Under the pieces are notes generated by a model. It had not been told where the DNA came from. It saw only the letters and a program-made list of their open reading frames with translations, and made no database searches. DNA of 63,474 nucleotides, filler included, from Reticulomyxa filosa (lineage: Eukaryota > Protista > Foraminifera): assembly GCA_000512085.1 (NCBI GenBank). It is 24 parts of 24 records of this genome, joined end to end, with 100 filler letters (N's around TTAATTAATTAA, not from the genome) between each part and the next. Parts side by side here need not be neighbours in the genome. Positions count along the whole stretch, not along the records: positions 1 to 10,312 come from ASPP01025653.1; positions 10,413 to 11,775 come from ASPP01029477.1; positions 11,876 to 12,888 come from ASPP01044906.1; 21 more parts are not named here. One strand, 5' to 3'. Both the position numbers and the translations under genes were made by a program. Positions 1 through 12,295 of this stretch are shown here, one piece after another. Positions within the stretch are counted from its first letter, which is position 1. The number at the start of each line of letters is the position of its first letter.

Positions 1-682
1 TTAAAACATGTCCTATGTTTTTATTGATTTAAAAAAAAAAAAAAGATGAAAAATTGTTTACATTTATCGCATCTATAACTTGGATGTATACACAAATCTT
101 TATGGACAAAATTGTTTCTAGTCAGATTGATTAAACGATATATCACTGTCAATATCAAATGTGAAAATCAAAGTATCAGGATATTGTCCATAAAAAATTA
201 ATTAATACCAATGTGTCGTTGAGTAAGTATTTGTTGTAACGTTTTGGTGTCTGGACAAGTCGGTCATTGTTTGAGATCGATCACTGTTTTTATTTTTATT
301 AATCTCTGATAGCTTGGTTTTCTCGCCTTGCTTTTTTTCTCATTATTATATGTGGTATATTTAAATGAATAGAGTCAAACCAGTAGCCCTTTGGTAAATG
401 GTAATATAATGTCATTTAACATTTCCACTTCAAACGGAATTGTTGTTAACAATATTATCATTCGTTGTTCTTGTGGGTTGTGTAGAGTAACATTCCTTTG
501 CATACAAGTGTTGTAATGAAAAAATGCTTTATACTCTTTTTTATTCCCTCCATTTTCTCTTGTGTTTTGTTTAATTTGCATTTTTGATTTATTTTGATCA
601 ATAATCTCACTTGTCGGCGATTGTATACTGCTTGATGCTATCAAAAGGTATACGCATTTTTGTGCGAGAAATCTCTTTTCAA

Positions 683-1155
683 GCAAAGTGTTAATGTTAA
701 ATGGAGTCATTAACACTTTTCTTTTTTTTTTTGTTAAGCGAAAAACAATAACACTTTTTAAAAAATGAAATGAATATTATGATTATAGATAAAAATACAG
801 TATATTTTTTAGTTGTTTGTGATTGTCGATTACGAAGCTTTTGTAAACTTGAAAAAGATTTTTCCCTTTTGCAACATTTTGTTACTAATCTTTTCTTTGT
901 AACCATACTAACATTCAAACAATGTCTGACACAGTACCATCTCCCGGTGCTTACCAAGCATTTCTCCACAGGAGCTTATCGCTTTTGGTTTCAAAATGTT
1001 TTTGTAGTTGTACACACACAGACACGCACATGATATTCTTTGCCTATTTAGAGACAATATTAAATAACTTATTCATCAGAAAAGTCTAAAGCACATTGTG
1101 ATCATGCAATAATTGCATTACTTTTTACAAAATCACAAATATTATATCAATGCAC
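683..1155 (+). repeat. Dispersed direct repeat module A, copy 1 (copy 2 at about 7433-7892)
   Basis: CAAAGTGTTAATGTTAAATGGAGT...GTTAAGCGAAAAACAATAAC...ACACAGTACCATCTCC...TTTTACAAAATCACAAATAT aligns colinearly with 7433-7892. Confidence 0.85.
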
Positions 1156-1519
1156 TGGTTCATTTCATTCATTTCTATTTGAAACCAATCATTTGAGCAA
1201 GTTTGAACAAGGATATGATTGTAGTAGAAAGAGTGATGATAATTGCATAATAAGCAAACATCATCATCATTGATGAACCAATACTTAAAATCCACGATAC
1301 TAATCGGATTACATTGTACCTTTGATTCAACCGTAGTCCACAATTAGCAAACACAAATCTGTTGACACGTCCAATTGATGTATGTCCAATATTACTTCTC
1401 TCAACCTTTTTGCCCTTTGTGGAACATATAACCTACTGTCAAAAAAATATATCCACCTCTTCCTTGTTATGTCCTGTTTGTAGTGATAATGAAGTTTTAG
1501 TTGTCATGTCCTTGTTTGT

Positions 1520-1690
1520 TGGCGATTGTCTACTGCTTGATGCTTACCAAAAGGTATACGAGTACAAGAATTGCTGCTCCCTAAACAGTACTAAGCGTAA
1601 AAAGTTTCCTTCTATCAATTAAACTGATACAATCCAAAACAAAGTACTTGACGATTATGCATTAAACGTTCTCAAAAGTTTGCTTAAATC
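1520..1690 (+). repeat. Dispersed repeat module X/Y (related copies at about 500-655, 8264-8535 and 9548-9605)
   Basis: Shared strings TTGT(A/C)TACTGCTTGA(T/C)GCT, ACGAGTACAAGAATTGCTG and TTCTATCAATT...CTGAT...AC(A)AA.TACTTGA. Confidence 0.75.
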
Positions 1691-2012
1691 CTAAAACAAA
1701 ATCAAGCATAAACTGTCTACACTATTTTAAAATAGTGTAGTTAATATTCTAAAAAAGAAGCAGTGTTAATGGAGTAGTAATACAGATAAAGACCGTTCCT
1801 AAATCGATAAATAAGATCTTGATCAGAGAAAGAGATGTTTTTTTTTGTTTGACTTAACATCAAGATTGTACAACTCCAAAAAAAAAACTTTTTAAATCCT
1901 CTCAGTTATGAAGATATTTTTAATTTTTGAATGACACAAAACAAATTAAAACATAAATTTGAAGTTGTTAAAAAACAAAAAGGAAACCTCTTATGAATGA
2001 TTTTTTTTTTTG

Positions 2013-2602
2013 TAGAATTGGGTCATTTTTTGTAATTTTTGGGTCATTTTTGAACCAATTTTTATAAAAAAAGTACTTTTTTCCAAAAAAAAAAATTTCC
2101 AAAAGTGTATAATGGGGGGATGTAGTTCAAGTTTTTTTATGTTGGTTTTTGCAATGGTTCTTTCTCAACAACAAAGAATACAGTTACAGTGGCATTTACT
2201 CTCAGAAAATAAAAGAGGAAGAGCGTTTGAAGTAAACCATTGAAATAAACAGACCATGGAAGACATTAGAAAAAATTTCTCAACGACAGAAGAAAAAAAG
2301 ACATAATAAAACAAAGAATAATAAATCAGCGATTGATTCAATTATCAAAAAATACATCAGTGATTGCTTGGCAAGTATGTGGATCAAGTGGTCGAGCACA
2401 AGATTGGACAATTGAGAAAAATTGTAATGGAAAGATGATATTCTTTCATAGCCGCCTTGCGAGACATTAATGAAAAATTGTCCCATATACTTTGGACTAT
2501 GATAAATGAATTGAAGAAAGCTTAGACTGATGGCCAAGTCATCACTGTTGGTGCTGAACGACTCCAATGCTAAGAAGTTTTGTTCAAACCAAACTTCATT
2601 AT
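2013..2602 (+). repeat. Left arm of a diverged inverted repeat of about 600 bp (right arm about 5445-6070)
   Basis: GGGTCATTTTT x2, TTTATAAAAAAAGTACTTTTTTCC, GGGGGGATGTAGTTCAAG, ATGGAAGACATTAG and the actin fragment all recur reverse-complemented at 5445-6070. Confidence 0.9.
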
Positions 2603-2652
2603 ATGTGAGCAAGAAGGTATACAAGTCATTCGCTTTCCAAACAAGTATCCAA
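2395..2652 (+). pseudogene. Actin pseudogene fragment (central part, with stops, frameshifts and a deletion)
   Basis: Reads RDINEKL...ELKKA..TDGQVITVGAERLQC*EVLFKPNFI..EQEGI, matching actin RDIKEKLCYVALD...[27 protein letters not shown]. Confidence 0.85.
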
Positions 2653-4574
2653 TCAACTACAGAATGTATTATCCGTTTATTGTATTTACATATAACATAT
2701 AAGTGTAAATGTGTTTGTTTACTTCAAAAAAAGGCAATAAGCATGTCAAGTTTGTAATATCGACAATGACAAAGTTTATGAGACGCACTCCCGTAAGTTC
2801 CGAACAAAAATGTCACGTTGGAACATAAATTGGAAATACCCAACGACAGAGACGCAGCGGGCTCTCCACTTTTACCGTAGCTTCCGACCATTTGAAAGGC
2901 ATAAGGTTATTTGTTCATCACAATCACACATTACCAATCAATTCAAACATTTTTTTCATTGTCTTTTGCAAATGTATATGTTTGTGTTTATGTTTGTGCG
3001 CAATATATATATATATATATATGTAGTTTGGGATTGCAAACAAAGAAGAGAAGAAGAAAAAGAAAAAGAAAAAGGTCAACAAACTCAAGTTCAAAGCCAG
3101 ACGGGCCGGTGACAATACCACAAATGGATCAACAGACTGTGATTTACCAATATTGTTGTACATGCATTCCAATTTTGGCTATGTTTTCAAGTATATACTA
3201 ACGGTCGATATGATATGCATTCAATGTTTACTGCAACTGAAGAAAAACACAAAGAAAAGCATGAAATTGACGATTCGTCTAATTTACAACGCACAGCATG
3301 AGTTTCGCCCAAACTTTTTTAGATAATGTCAAGTACAAGACATTTCAGTGGTAGATACTACATTGCCAACGTGCCAATCCTGGCTAGATGTAACTTCATC
3401 AAGCAAATGCAACGCAATCATCATTTGGTAACAAACTATTGCCACTGTTCAACGATATCTCGATTGAAACATTAAATTGCTGGCAGATTACCATTTATTT
3501 GTCTCATTGATGGAAGAGTCACCGTGCATACGGAATATTACAAAGATACTGTTCTACTCCTTTCAAGATGTACGTTTCTATCGGATTCCTGATTTAGTGA
3601 AGCTAATCGAGTTGGTACAAGACACAACTTCAATGGATTTGTGATGTCAAAGTATTGTTGATGAAGAGACAGTGGGTAGAAGCTATTGTTAGTACTTGTT
3701 TGCGTCGATTTGGCGACTAATAAAATGATATTGTTTTTCCGATGTTTTTGAGTGAGTCGCAAACGGAGCTTTCAGATTGACCCCGAGTTTTGGATTTTGC
3801 TTGATTTCAATGATTTGATTTAGTAGACATGTCAGCTATGTCAATGTATTTCAAACTTTTTTAGAATTAAAGAATGAAAAGTATGTTACCAATGCATTGA
3901 AGGACTTGATAAGTAGATATCATTTGTCCTGACTCGCACCAAGACGCTTGAAAAGAGTTGGAAAAAGAAAACTACGACCAAGTAAGTAACGAAAACGATT
4001 TGACTTGGTCTTTGTTTATAATAGTTCTTGTCTCTTTGGTCGGATGAAATTATTTTTTGGAATGGGAAAAATAAATTAAAAAAGTACTGACTAACTCGAT
4101 AACACAATACGAGTTACTTTCGGATGTTGCCAATAAAAAATTCTGACATTCCCACGTTTTTTTCTTTTTTTTAAAGGGATCAATCATTCATTTGCAATTT
4201 CTTCATTCGCAAAAAAATACAGATTTGTTTCGATATGATATTTTTCTCATCACAAATGCAGATGTATGTACATCAACGTGGGAAAATATTAAAATTGAAC
4301 TTAAATTCAATTCGTGCTGATATAACGTGACATAATAAAATTAAAACAAAATAATCATTCATTTATTCATTCATTTAAAAGCTTTTGTGTCAAATGATAT
4401 TTCAATTATTTTGTTCTATCATTTGCATTTTACTGACACAATTTTTTCCAGCACAATCAACGAATTTGCTCATTGCAGCCATTCTTCCTATAATAATAAT
4501 AACAACACGATACAATATAAATTATTATATTATATTATACATGATATCATATGTACAAGAAATTCTTTTTGACA

Positions 4575-5440
4575 TACTCAATAATCAAAGGATGTCACAA
4601 CTAATTGCATTTTTGACAGCTTGGTCACCAGTCTTAATGAAAGTGGCGCTATCAACTTTCCATTTTCCATTTGATTTCCAACATTTGACAATGTAATTCT
4701 CCTTTATAATTGCCTTTTCTATCATTAGTTGCAACTTTCAATTGTCCTGAAATGATCTTGAAAAAATACCAAAGCGGTAAATTTGGTTGTTCGTTTTGGT
4801 GGGCAGGGCCATAAATGCAAATCACATCACCAGTTTATGGCATATTTTCCTTTTTCACGTTTTACACCAACGTTTGTCACTAGCTTCGGCTTTGTCGACT
4901 GTTTTGTCGTGTGTTTGTTGGATAAAAACGAACAGGGACACCAAGGGGTAATTGTTCCTTGTCCAATATGTTTAGTGATAACATCATCCACTCCTTTAAT
5001 ATCATAAACATCACCGATTGGCATAAGGAATGATTTCTTTGTTGGCCTTTTTGGTTGACTGACGGTTTTCTCCAAAGCATCTATCAAAGTCACACCAGTA
5101 ATGGTAACTTTTTCAATTTGAACTGAAAATCTTTTCCACCATGGCATGTTTTCGCTCACTTTTGTCAAGTTTTCTCCTTTCAATCTGCTCATTGGAATAA
5201 ATGGAATTTTTCGTTTTATATCCAATTATTGTTAATATTTTCTCGACATCCGATTTGATTTCATCATCCATTTTGTTCAATTCCTAACAAGTAGCGCAAT
5301 CGAGCATGTTATCAGGTTTGTCCTTGAATTTTTCTATTTTTTTTTTTGTTGTTTTTGAAGATAAAAAAAATTATTACTACTTTTTTTTTCCACATAAAAA
5401 CGTACCATTTTTTTGTGGTTTCCTTTCGCAATCGATGTCT
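4575..5440 (-). pseudogene. EFL: Elongation factor-like (EFL) GTPase pseudogene fragments, retaining one intron (about 5334-5405)
   Basis: SIAKGNHKK|..IQGQT..HARL (EFL-type insertion), NKMD, KIPFIPMS..GENLTKVSENMPWW, TLIDALE..PKRP...VYDIKGV.DVIT and a C-terminal piece CQMLEIKWKM...FIKTGDQA. Multiple frameshifts and stops. Confidence 0.8.
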
Positions 5441-5705
5441 TAAGCCCAATGAAGTTTGGTTTGAACAAAACTTCTTGGCATCGGAAGAGTTCAGCATCAA
5501 CGATGATGACTTGGCAATTATGCAATTTGAGTTTTGTTGCAATTCGGTGGAGATGTCAGCTTTCTTCAATTCATCATCATAATCCAAAACAGCATATGAC
5601 AATATTTCATTAATATCTCATTCTCTGCGGTGGTTGTGAAGGAACATCCACTTTCCATTATAATTTTTCCAATTATCCAGTCTTGTACTCGACGATGTGG
5701 TCCAC
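5441..5705 (-). pseudogene. Actin pseudogene fragment, second copy
   Basis: GCSFTTTAENEI, YAVLDYDDELKKAD and QVIIVDAELFRCQEVLFKPNFIGL, spread over shifted frames. Confidence 0.88.
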
Positions 5706-6070
5706 ATGCTTGCCAAACAATCACAATAATATTTTTTGAAGATTGGATCAATCACTGACTTATGATTTTTCGTTCCGTTTTGTCTTTGGTTCTTCGATCG
5801 TTGAGACTACTTTCCTAATGTCTTCCATCGTCTTTTTACTTTCATGGTTTGTTTTCAACGCTCTTCCTCTTTTGTTTTCTGGGAATAAACACCACTGGAA
5901 CTGTATTTTTTATTGTTGAGAAAGAAACATTACAAAAACCAACATAAAAAAACTTGAACTACATCCCCCCCATTGGACACTTTTGGAAATTTTTTTTTGG
6001 AAAAAAGTACTTTTTTTATAAAAATCGGTTCAAAAATGACCCACAAACTACAAAAAATGACCCAGTTCTG
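5445..6070 (-). repeat. Right arm of the diverged inverted repeat
   Basis: Reverse complement of 2013-2602 with substitutions and indels. Confidence 0.9.
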
Positions 6071-6077
6071 AAAAAGC

Positions 6078-6360
6078 CAAGAATGATGCGGACGAGAATG
6101 CGAACAGAGCAAGCAAAGAGTTTGAAGAAGCTGAGCAGCAACTGAAGCACGACAAGGAAGCCTTGGAGAGAGTGATGAGAAGAAGCGTCTGAGAGTGTTG
6201 CACAAGAAGGATATTGGCTCCCTGTTGACAAATAGGTTATTTGTAAGCAATCTTCTTCTTGCAGCGGAAGAGGAAGAGGGAGTGGATGAAATAGTCGTCA
6301 TCAGATATGCACATTAATGAATGACACTGCTGTATCACGTTGTGCCGCATGCGATAGCAT
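6078..6360 (+). pseudogene. Decayed gene fragments: coiled-coil segment and RanBP2/NZF-type zinc finger remnant
   Basis: KNDADENANRASKEFEEAEQQLKHDKEALERV, then ICTLMNDTAVSRCAACDS (C-T-x-x-N...C-x-A-C), with no intact ORF. Confidence 0.45.
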
Positions 6361-7432
6361 CAATCGTCGAGTGGCTTTGTCGTGATGATGATGGACCACG
6401 AAGATAGTAGCAGTAAAAGGATTTTATTGATAATGGCAACCGAAAAATACCATTGCGTATTCAAACTAAAGTAAATTGATGATGTCACCATCGTCAAATG
6501 GATGAAAAGTGTCGTTGATATTATTATTCGAAGACGACAACCGCAACAACGGATATGTGCGAGTGACGAGCAAGCACATGAGCTGTCAAACGTATCATTA
6601 AGATACGAGAATATTTCTGCCTCAATCGCAATTTCAATTCTTTGTGCGCTATTTTCAGATTAAAATTGGCTTGCAAAGTTAATTCTAATTATTATTATTG
6701 TTATTTATTTTTTTTAATCATTTATTTTTTTTTATTTGTTTGTTCTCAGAAAGTTCCTGAAAAATAAAAACAACAGTTTAAACAATTCCGCATATTGGAA
6801 TCTTTTGCAAGATTTGGTGTTGATTGATGATTAATATAAAAACACCAAAGAAGTGGAAAACTTGGGATATCGTAAAATGTAATTTCAGCAAGTCGCAGAG
6901 AATGGCAGATCGCATAAAAAAACATTCAAATGTATTAACAACATCCTTACACCGACGTGCAAGAAAATGAAATTTTTTCAACTAATTCTCCTCGAAAAAT
7001 TCTTAAAACTTAAAGAAATTACGGAAGATCAAATTTGGGATATGTCTACAGACGAAAGAGATAAAGCACGAATCTTCGTAGATATTCTTCAATATGGTAG
7101 TTTTATATGCAAAGAGTTCTTGCCATCGATAATCACTTAACATTTTTTTTTTTAATGATTGTCATATTGAGTAATTTTTGTGTTTTCTTTTTTTTTTTTT
7201 CATTTGCTTGAATCAATTGATCTTTTTTGTGATAGAGCAAGTGACTTTTCAATTAAAGTTTATTGCATTGAATTCTTTTTATACACATTTTATTTTTATT
7301 CAACAAATCGGAAAAAGTTTACTGTGTTGGCCTGTGTTATGCTTTGCATAAAAGGGCGACGAGATTGCATGTTTGTTTTTGAATAGCCCTCTTTTTTAAG
7401 TAAGGAATCTCTTCAAGTTTGGTTACAACAAG

Positions 7433-7892
7433 CAAAGTGTTAATGTTAAATGGAGTAATGAACACTTTTCTTTTTTTTTTTGTTAAGCGAAAAACAATAA
7501 CATTTTTTTAAAAAAATAAAAAAATATTATAATTATAGATAAAAGCATTGTTTATTATTTGTGATTGTTGACTACAAAACTTTTGTAAACTTGAAAAAGG
7601 TTTTTCCCTTTTGCAAGATTTTGTTATTAATCTTTCCTTTGTTTAAATATCAGTGTTGGTTACAATGTCTAACACAGTACCATCTCCTGGTGCTTTACCA
7701 ACCATTTCCTTACAAGAGCTTATAGCTTTTGGGTTCAACGTGTTTTTGTAGTTGTGCACACACATGATATTCTTTAGAGACAGTATTAAAAAAAAAACAT
7801 TTTTTTTTTTTTTAACCAGAAAAGTTTAAAGCTCATTGTGGTCTTGCAATAATTACATTATTTTTACAAAATCACAAATATTGTATCAATGT
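7433..7892 (+). repeat. Dispersed direct repeat module A, copy 2
   Basis: Colinear with 683-1155. Confidence 0.85.
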
Positions 7893-9688
7893 ATCAAATG
7901 GATTTTTGAATGATGAAAAAATTTAAAAATACACATAAGCATTTTTTTTTCTTCATAAAATGTTGCAGAAATCGTAATTTTTTTGTATGAAAAAAAAAAG
8001 AGAGGCAATTAATGATATGCGCCTGGCGAGTCACTTCCTACCCGAAGTATGTGGTATTTCACTTCCACAAGTACATGCCCCGATAGCTGCCTGAACTATT
8101 AGAACATTATGTAATCCGCACTGAACAAGCACTACAAAGTCTTTAAATCAATTATAATGATGCAATTCAAAATCATTTGACATTAATTTATTTTTAGTAA
8201 AAATAAGTTTTTTATCTTATTCAAACTTGGGACGAAAATAATTTCTCTATTCTTGAGCCATTTGCATACGAGTGTTGTAATCAAAAAATCATATCTTTAT
8301 TTTTTCTTATGTTACACTTTTGACTTAGTTTGATCAAGTCATCTTTGGAGTTTTTAGTTGGCATATCCATCTCTTATCGGCTTGTATACTGCTTGACGCT
8401 ACCAACAAGGTAGAACGAGTACAAGAATTGCTGTTGTTCCTAAACAGTATTGATTGTTAAAAAATTTCCTTCTATCAATTCAACTGATGCAATTCAAGAC
8501 AAATTACTTGATTATTGTTCTCAAAAATTTGCTTGATAATCATAACCTAATTTTTTTTTTTTTACATTTTACAATCTTTTTGTTTTAATTAATCAACAAC
8601 AACTCGTTAATTACAATATTGATATTATTCAAAAGGCAAGATATCCATACTGCTTAATTATGTTTTGCTCCAAATGATTGATTACTTGAAAGAACAAAAA
8701 TCGATACATTAAGAAAAATACAAAATTACATTTGGATCAAATAATTATTTCATCATAACTATTTTATTGATTTTATTTTGTGACTACATGTCAAATAAGC
8801 AAAAAGTTTATTTATCATTTGATAATTAAGAAATCTTTATCCATTTGGTGAATTAATATGAATAAATAATTTTTACTAAAATCCTTGAGGAAAATGCTTA
8901 AAAAAATGAATAAATACATTGAAGAAAAAATACTAGTAACTTGGTGAATGCCTCCGTTTTGGTATCCTTTTTTTTTAAACACTTTTTTAATAAAACACGT
9001 ATGCTAGATAAGACCGAAAGTTTTTGCATACTAAATTTTTTAATGTTGCCATGCAACAAAAACCTATTTCAATTCTTGGAGATTGTGTAAAGGAAAATGT
9101 ATGGACAGAGGCTTTTATGAAAATGCTTTTTTGTTGGTTAGAGAAAAAAGTAATAATAATAATGATTTTGGTTGAAAGTGTGTGTTGTTCTTTCATTATT
9201 ATATATCTTGCAAAATGTATATTTACAGTCAATTACTTCTTTATAAAAAATATCTTCATGCAAAGACAGCACATAACAATTAAATTGTAACGCTACTTTT
9301 TCTTTGCAACAAAATTCATTTGATCTTCAACAAAATCCTTGTATTCATCAAATTTGTCCATTTTTAGCTTTTCAAAAAAAAAAATAACATAATAGTTTTT
9401 CCCAACTACTTCTGTGCAGACGACTATTTCTTTGGCAATATGGAAATTAAAAATTCTTTTGCTAAGCTTTGAAAATAATAAATAATACAAATAAAAAATC
9501 TGAACATTCATTTATTTATGAAACTGTTTTAGCAATATATTTTGCAACTTCTATCAATTAACCTGATACAACCCAAAACAAATACTTGATGAGTGTGCAT
9601 TAAAGAGAAAATTACAACAACTTTACGTTTACTTAAAAATTCTTTGTTGTTAAAAAAAAAGTACAGTATCAATCCGAAAAGCCAAAAT

Positions 9689-10197
9689 ATGGAATTGAAT
9701 CAAAATGAACCTCAATTGGCCCACTTCTGGCCTTGTGACGCCTCGTTTTCAGTACTGCAGAAATATCCATTTTTATTACCAAACAAATGCGAGCTGTTCT
9801 TTATACTGCACGATTGTTTGACGGACATGTTCGATGATGTGTCTCCATATGAAGCAACGAATATGAAGACAGAGCACGAGCAAATAGGAGACCTAACAAA
9901 GATTAGTACCTCGCAATTGCATTCAAAACGTCAGGACACATCCGAAAGAAATTTGTTCACAGCATTGGCGGAATTGGTGACATGGGTGTACGGTGCGAAT
10001 GAGGTGGCTCAGCAAAACACAGCAAGGATATTACAAAGCCACTTCAAAAAAGTACCAGAGCTCCGAGAAATGGTATTTGAGGAAATTGTGGCCGAGATTT
10101 CGTCTTATCTATGTGAGCCAAGTCTTAAATTTGACAAAGATCGGTTGACAACGCAACAATTGTCACAGCTACGTTTCAATAAATTCCTAAACGAAGG
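9689..10197 (+). CDS. Hypothetical protein, first exon (3' truncated)
   Basis: About 170 open codons of coding-like composition (MELNQNEPQLAHFWP...KFLNEG), followed by a GTACC donor and a (TA)n intron running to the contig end. Confidence 0.5.
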
Positions 10198-10277
10198 TAC
10201 CTTTTTCACATTTTTAATTATTTGCATGTTTGGTTTTGATATGATATGGCAAATTCATTTGCCTAACCTATATTATA

Positions 10278-10312
<35 letters not shown>

Positions 10313-10412
10313 NNNNNNNNNNNNNNNNNNNNNNNNNNNNNNNNNNNNNNNNNNNNTTAATTAATTAANNNNNNNNNNNNNNNNNNNNNNNNNNNNNNNN
10401 NNNNNNNNNNNN
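10313..10412. other. Artificial contig linker N44-TTAATTAATTAA-N44 (first of 23)
   Basis: An identical 100-bp spacer with stops in all six frames recurs at about 11776, 12889, 14165, 18226, 22745, 26614, 28613, 31548, 32649, 33993, 35125, 36245, 37794, 40605, 41888, 48177, 49671, 50904, 52186, 58451, 59698 and 61163. Confidence 0.99.
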
Positions 10413-12049
10413 GCGGTGGTATGCTCGCTGTCTTTGATTTGCTTGTTCAAATTTGGCGAACGGATTTATGACTGCACATTGGGACATTTAGAGACTCTAC
10501 ACAATTATAGTTCAGCAAAGATCAACATTTCTTTAGGGCAACAAATTTGAGCTCCTCCTTTGCTGTATCACCAAAAAGGCTATTGAAACTACCGATCCAG
10601 TCGCACTTTCGTCCAAACGAACTATATTTTTACTTGATATTAATTGTTGGAATTGGGCAATTGAATTATTATTGAAACTTCATATCGCTTTTTTTAATAA
10701 ATAAAAAAATTAATTTTAAATCGCAATATGAATGAACTATATAATGTTATTATTATTTTTCTTAGCACCGACTATAAATCAGTTGATTGCATATTACAAC
10801 ATGCAGTTATCAATTTTTTTTTCAAAGACACAAGTGAACCAAATTGACCTATTTACATATTTTTGAGCTTGGATTTTCAAAATATTAAAATTCAGAAATA
10901 TTTTGCTATGAATATATTTTGATGAGAATGATGTCAGATGAGCTGGAGAAGGCCCAAATTATTATTTTTAAAAAATCAAAAGAAGCAACAAGTATCAAAT
11001 ACTTGCAATGCAACAAATTTGACATTGTTTGGCTCCACTTCACCCTTGCTCGCTGGCACCGCACAACCAACACTTTCCAATTACTCGACCATACAGATAT
11101 TTGATTCTTGGAAGATCTATGTTATATACGTGTGTGTGTTGATTAACATTAAATCTTTCAATCACATTATAAAAAAAAAAATATTATAACTTGGAACATA
11201 GGTTGCGCATTTAACACGATAAAATCAGCATCACTTTCAAATTGATTGATTTTCTTTCAACCAATAATGAGCTTCTTCATTCAACATATTGGATTCCGTT
11301 AGCAACAATTCGACTATGTTGTTGCAGTACATGAAAATAATAACATCAGTCGATACTGCTGCTATTGTTGCCATTGCGCTATCACTACTGCTATTTTGCT
11401 GGTGATCACTGCAGCATCAATGACAATGCAAGCAACAACAATTTGTCCATCTGCAATCCAACTTCACGTAGTTTACGTCCATTTGCATACCTTTAAATAT
11501 CTATTCATAAATTTCAAGAACACATATTACATACACATAAACAAATAATCAAATGTACGTATAAAGATGTTATGTCGAATATGTACATAAAAAAAAACCT
11601 TTTCAAGCAATGGATCCAAGTATGACTATAGCATGAGGTAGCAGGAAAGAGGATATGCGCACAAATGATAACAGAATAACAGCAACTTTTGAATTCTTGT
11701 GTTCAAATGCGCACTTTGATTTCAACGGCAATGCATCCATCAAGTATCCATTATTTTGAGCGACTGAACGGACTTNNNNNNNNNNNNNNNNNNNNNNNNN
11801 NNNNNNNNNNNNNNNNNNNTTAATTAATTAANNNNNNNNNNNNNNNNNNNNNNNNNNNNNNNNNNNNNNNNNNNNTTCATTATTTGTAAATTACTGGCAT
11901 TCTTTGATCAGCTTCATCTTGACTGTACGTTGTTGATATCTTTTTTTTTTTAGCGTGGAAGAATGTAATTGTTGAATTGACAACAAGGCAAAATATTGTA
12001 AAACAAGCACCTCACTCAAACTTGAACACAGTACATCTGTTCAGCTCAG

Positions 12050-12295
12050 AGGGAATCCAAGGGTCCCTTTGGAACCACGCTCAGACTGGTTTCCTGGCCT
12101 TTGTGAACCTTTTTGTCAGTTTCCGGGGTCTTTTTGTTAATTTTTGGTCCTTTAGGGATCTTTTCGCTGGTTTGTGGGCTTTTCCGTTAATTTCTGGGCA
12201 TTTGGTGGCCTTTTTGTTAGTTTCTGGGGCCTTTTCATTGATTTCCGGGTTCTCAGTAGGCTTCTCGCGTGTTTTTGGACCTAGTCCGAAAACTT
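12050..12295 (-). repeat. Degenerate 21/30-bp tandem repeat encoding PE(T/I)N(K/E)KA-like peptide units
   Basis: The minus strand reads NPEINEKAPETNKKATKCPEINGKA and, after a shift, PKINKKTPETDKK. Confidence 0.5.
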
